Origin: Naegleria gruberi
Taxonomy: Eukaryota
NCBI GenBank assembly: GCA_000004985.1
Contig: GG739590.1
DNA length: 1,055 nt
Strand: one strand, 5' to 3'
Shown: piece by piece, positions 1-1,055 of the stretch
Layout of the letters: every line of letters starts with the position of its first letter
How positions within the stretch are numbered: position 1 is the stretch's first letter
Made by a program: the position numbers and the translations under genes
The notes under the pieces: model-generated
Database searches by the model: none
What the model saw: only the letters and a program-made list of their open reading frames with translations
Told to the model about the DNA's origin: nothing

Positions 1-186
1 ATTTTCCTTAATTTTGGAAATCAAAAAAAATGTTCAAACTTAAAATCCTTATTCCCAACAGACATTGCATTGTTATTAGAGGTGCTGGTGCAATACTTGC
101 TTTTATTAAATCAATCAACAACAAACACTATACCACCACCTTTCCTCCATTCAACAAACGTAACGAATCTCTCTAAACAAGGATAA
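1..186 (+). CDS. Possible 3' end of an upstream ORF in frame 1 (61 sense codons from the window edge to TAA 184-186); weak, possibly a compositional artefact
   Basis: Frame 1 has no stop from position 1 to 183. Frame 3 is also open over 30-173 (ATG 30, TAA 174). Frame 2 contains only TAA/TAG stops here. Having all three + frames open at once over a C/A-rich, G-poor stretch suggests a composition effect rather than a clear gene. Confidence 0.2.
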   Translation: MFLNFGNQKKCSNLKSLFPTDIALLLEVLVQYLLLLNQSTTNTIPPPFLHSTNVTNLSKQG

Positions 187-214
187 GGAAAGTTATCAAA
201 ATCTAATTGAGGAT

Positions 215-406
215 ATGCCAAATGCTTTCCAATTTTTGAATGTTGTCAAAACATGGGAATCTCCAACAAGAGCTGCAACTAGATCACCTCCTTTTGTTGG
301 CCGATACGAATCATTATTTCAAACGATTGAAACAATTTACAAACCTCTCCCTGAAGATAAACTTCAAATAGGACTCATTTCAAATACTATGGGAATGGGA
401 AAATAG
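215..406 (+). CDS. Segment A of the frame-2 coding locus: ATG-initiated 63-codon ORF ending at in-frame TAG (404-406); hypothetical protein, product not recognised
   Basis: Track ORF, checked by hand. ATG 215-217 is the first ATG in frame 2 in the window. The translation is MPNAFQFLNVVKTWESPTRAATRSPPFVGRYESLFQTIETIYKPLPEDKLQIGLISNTMGMGK, which reads as protein-like. It shares its frame with the two downstream segments. Frames 1 and 3 over the same span contain early stops (TAG 280, TGA 328, TGA 237). Confidence 0.45.
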   Translation: MPNAFQFLNVVKTWESPTRAATRSPPFVGRYESLFQTIETIYKPLPEDKLQIGLISNTMGMGK

Positions 407-443
407 ACCTTCCTCTACCAATGCATTAATAGATTTCTTGATA

Positions 444-488
444 GTAAGTTGTTATTGTTTCAGATTAGGAGTTTAACTCCTTATTAAG
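444..488 (+). other. Candidate 45-nt intron (GTAAGT donor 444-449, AG acceptor 487-488) that would remove the in-frame TAA 485-487 and keep frame 2
   Basis: This is the second of only two GTAAGT hexamers in the window. The length of 45 is 3n. The splice joins a443 to a489-t490 as an AAT codon and continues DNLLYEF in frame. The AAG acceptor is weak. This cannot account for the TAG at 404, because no GT dinucleotide occurs between 297 and 404. Confidence 0.15.
467..481. repeat. 15-nt perfect palindrome AGGAGTT-T-AACTCCT (7-bp arms, 1-nt centre)
   Basis: Read directly: the reverse complement of AGGAGTT is AACTCCT. The arms do not extend further (t466 and t482 are not complementary). Confidence 0.9.
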
Positions 489-496
489 ATGACAAC

Positions 497-703
497 TTGC
501 TGTATGAATTCATTTTCAATGAAGATCCATTTGGGGCCAGTAAAAAACATATACAAGATAGCTTCAACAAGATTACATGTCCAGAATCTTACTCCAGAGC
601 TGACTTTGTCAATAAGTTGAACAAATCCTTCAAAATTAGACATTTTATTCCTTTCGAATGTTCAGCAAGCAATCTTCCAATCCGCGATTGTAAGTCTCAA
701 TGA
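497..703 (+). CDS. Segment B of the same frame-2 locus: open from 488 (just after TAA 485-487) to TGA 701-703; hypothetical protein
   Basis: Track ORF (its listed start is TTG 497; there is no ATG in this frame within the segment). It is in the same frame as segment A. The 26 codons between them (407-484, TFLYQCINRFLDSKLLLFQIRSLTPY) also contain no stop. Translation: MLYEFIFNEDPFGASKKHIQDSFNKITCPESYSRADFVNKLNKSFKIRHFIPFECSASNLPIRDCKSQ. Confidence 0.45.
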   Translation: MLYEFIFNEDPFGASKKHIQDSFNKITCPESYSRADFVNKLNKSFKIRHFIPFECSASNLPIRDCKSQ

Positions 704-749
704 AAAGATTTCTTTCATCTTTTTAAGTATTTCATGAAATGATTAAAAG
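690..749 (+). other. Candidate 60-nt spliceosomal intron (GTAAGT donor 690-695, AG acceptor 748-749) that would remove both in-frame TGAs and keep frame 2
   Basis: GTAAGT begins at 690. An AG at 748-749 gives a length of exactly 60 nt (3n). The splice joins t689 to a750-c751 as a TAC codon, giving ...PIRD-Y-IFGHSL... in frame. Weaknesses: the acceptor context is AAAAG|A, with no pyrimidine tract and not the usual YAG, and there is no clear branch point. The removed segment also reads as sensible codons (KDFFHLFKYFMK). Confidence 0.25.
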
Positions 750-1055
750 ACATATTTGGGCACAGTTTGACACCTACCAAAGCACATAAAACTGTCGAAG
801 AGTTGGTGGGTGAGAAGGGATTGAATGGCCCTGAATTGGTCCAATTAAATGCTCCAAAAGTCAAAGATATCTTTACAGTCCCAAAAGAGTATCAACAGAA
901 TTTATTGCCTCTGATTTTATTGATTGATTCATTTCATGCCATCAACACAAACACTTGCCCCAATGGTTCTCTTTATGAAGTTGGAATTCTCCTATTCGAA
1001 AGCATGAAATATGTACTGAAATCCAGTGCCACTTTGTCTCTTGTTTTATCTGCCA
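743..1055 (+). CDS. Segment C of the same frame-2 locus: 104 sense codons with no stop, truncated by the 3' window edge; hypothetical protein
   Basis: Hand translation of frame 2 from 743 gives LKDIFGHSLTPTKAHKTVEELVGEKGLNGPELVQLNAPKVKDIFTVPKEYQQNLLPLILLIDSFHAINTNTCPNGSLYEVGILLFESMKYVLKSSATLSLVLSA with no stop before position 1055. It is probably absent from the track because it has no stop. There is no start codon at its 5' end (the first in-frame ATG at 734 is followed two codons later by TGA 740; the next is at 1004), which argues that it continues segment B. All three minus frames have multiple stops across this span. GC rises to about 47% around 781-840. Confidence 0.55.

Larger units (their letters stand above)
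215..1055 (+). other. Single frame-2 coding locus (or recently decayed pseudogene) whose frame is kept across in-frame TAG 404, TAA 485, TGA 701 and TGA 740; candidate stop-codon-reassigned gene
   Basis: About 280 codons in one frame carry only 4 stops, and no frameshift is needed to link the three protein-like segments. For random sequence of this composition I roughly estimate about one stop per 15-20 codons. Each stop is one transition away from a Gln or Trp codon (CAG to TAG, CAA to TAA, TGG to TGA). Confidence 0.5.

Noticed and set aside
23-30. A8 homopolymer and very AT-rich first 60 nt as a promoter or UTR
   Set aside because: No convincing -35/-10 or TATA spacing relative to ATG 215 could be supported by eye. 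It may simply be AT-rich intergenic or coding sequence. It is mentioned only as a composition shift.
444-463. GTAAGT...TTTCAG: a textbook donor plus C. elegans/ciliate-style acceptor only 20 nt apart, giving a possible tiny intron
   Set aside because: Removing 20 nt shifts the frame and immediately creates TAG at 466-468 in the joined reading. It lies inside an otherwise open frame-2 stretch. The 45-nt alternative from the same donor is reported instead, at low confidence.
467-497. AGGAG at 467-471 as a Shine-Dalgarno sequence for the TTG 497 start used by the ORF track
   Set aside because: The spacing of about 25 nt is far too long. The nearest ATG (489) is 17 nt away and in a different frame with a 49-codon ORF. 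The AGGAG is half of the palindrome. A bacterial start at TTG 497 is not supported.
911-937. Short tandem TGATTGATT / T-rich low-complexity patch
   Set aside because: There are only about two copies of a 4-mer. It translates cleanly in frame 2 (LILLIDSFH). It is ordinary AT-rich coding sequence, not a repeat element.
743-1055. Possibility that the real gene is on the minus strand
   Set aside because: I located plus-strand TTA/CTA/TCA triplets (minus-strand stops) across this span. All three minus frames contain multiple stops (for example at 743, 774, 845, 861, 873, 892, 902, 917, 929, 934, 942, 973, 992, 1046), whereas + frame 2 has none.
1-1055. tRNA, rRNA, CRISPR repeats, IS or transposon termini
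   Set aside because: There are no direct repeats with regular spacers and no terminal inverted repeats beyond the 15-nt palindrome. No cloverleaf-like GC-rich stems or conserved tRNA motifs were seen by eye. None is supported.

Overview
This AT-rich 1,055-nt window (roughly 35% GC by hand count: about 23% at 1-60, about 47% at 781-840) has one dominant signal. The + strand, frame 2 (codon starts at positions equal to 2 mod 3), reads as protein-coding from the ATG at 215 to the end of the window. Only four in-frame stop codons interrupt it: TAG 404-406, TAA 485-487, TGA 701-703 and TGA 740-742. The two ORFs in the supplied track (215..406 and 497..703) are both in this frame. So is an unlisted open stretch of 104 codons at 743..1055 that runs off the 3' edge. 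There is no start codon at the 5' end of that stretch; the first in-frame ATG (734) is followed two codons later by the TGA at 740, and the next is at 1004. The 26 codons between the two track ORFs (407-484) are also open in frame 2. The other two + frames hit stops quickly (for example TAG 280, TGA 328 in frame 1 and TGA 237 in frame 3). Across 743-1055 all three minus frames contain several stops, so the signal is strand- and frame-specific. I read this as a single gene, or former gene, whose frame is kept across three kinds of stop codon. I see three explanations. (a) The nuclear code is reassigned: TAA/TAG to Gln as in ciliate-type code 6, with the two TGAs either read as Trp as in Condylostoma-like code 28, or removed by a 60-nt GTAAGT...AG intron, or a code 4 (TGA=Trp) reading for the 3' part. 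(b) It is a recently inactivated pseudogene carrying nonsense mutations but no frameshifts. (c) It is partly interrupted by short GTAAGT introns. I cannot name the product or the source organism from sequence alone. Leu codons are TTG-rich, Arg is mostly AGA and Gln mostly CAA. I see no tRNA, rRNA, CRISPR array or mobile-element signature. The remaining features are a 15-nt perfect palindrome at 467-481 and a region at 1-186 where all three + frames are unusually open.
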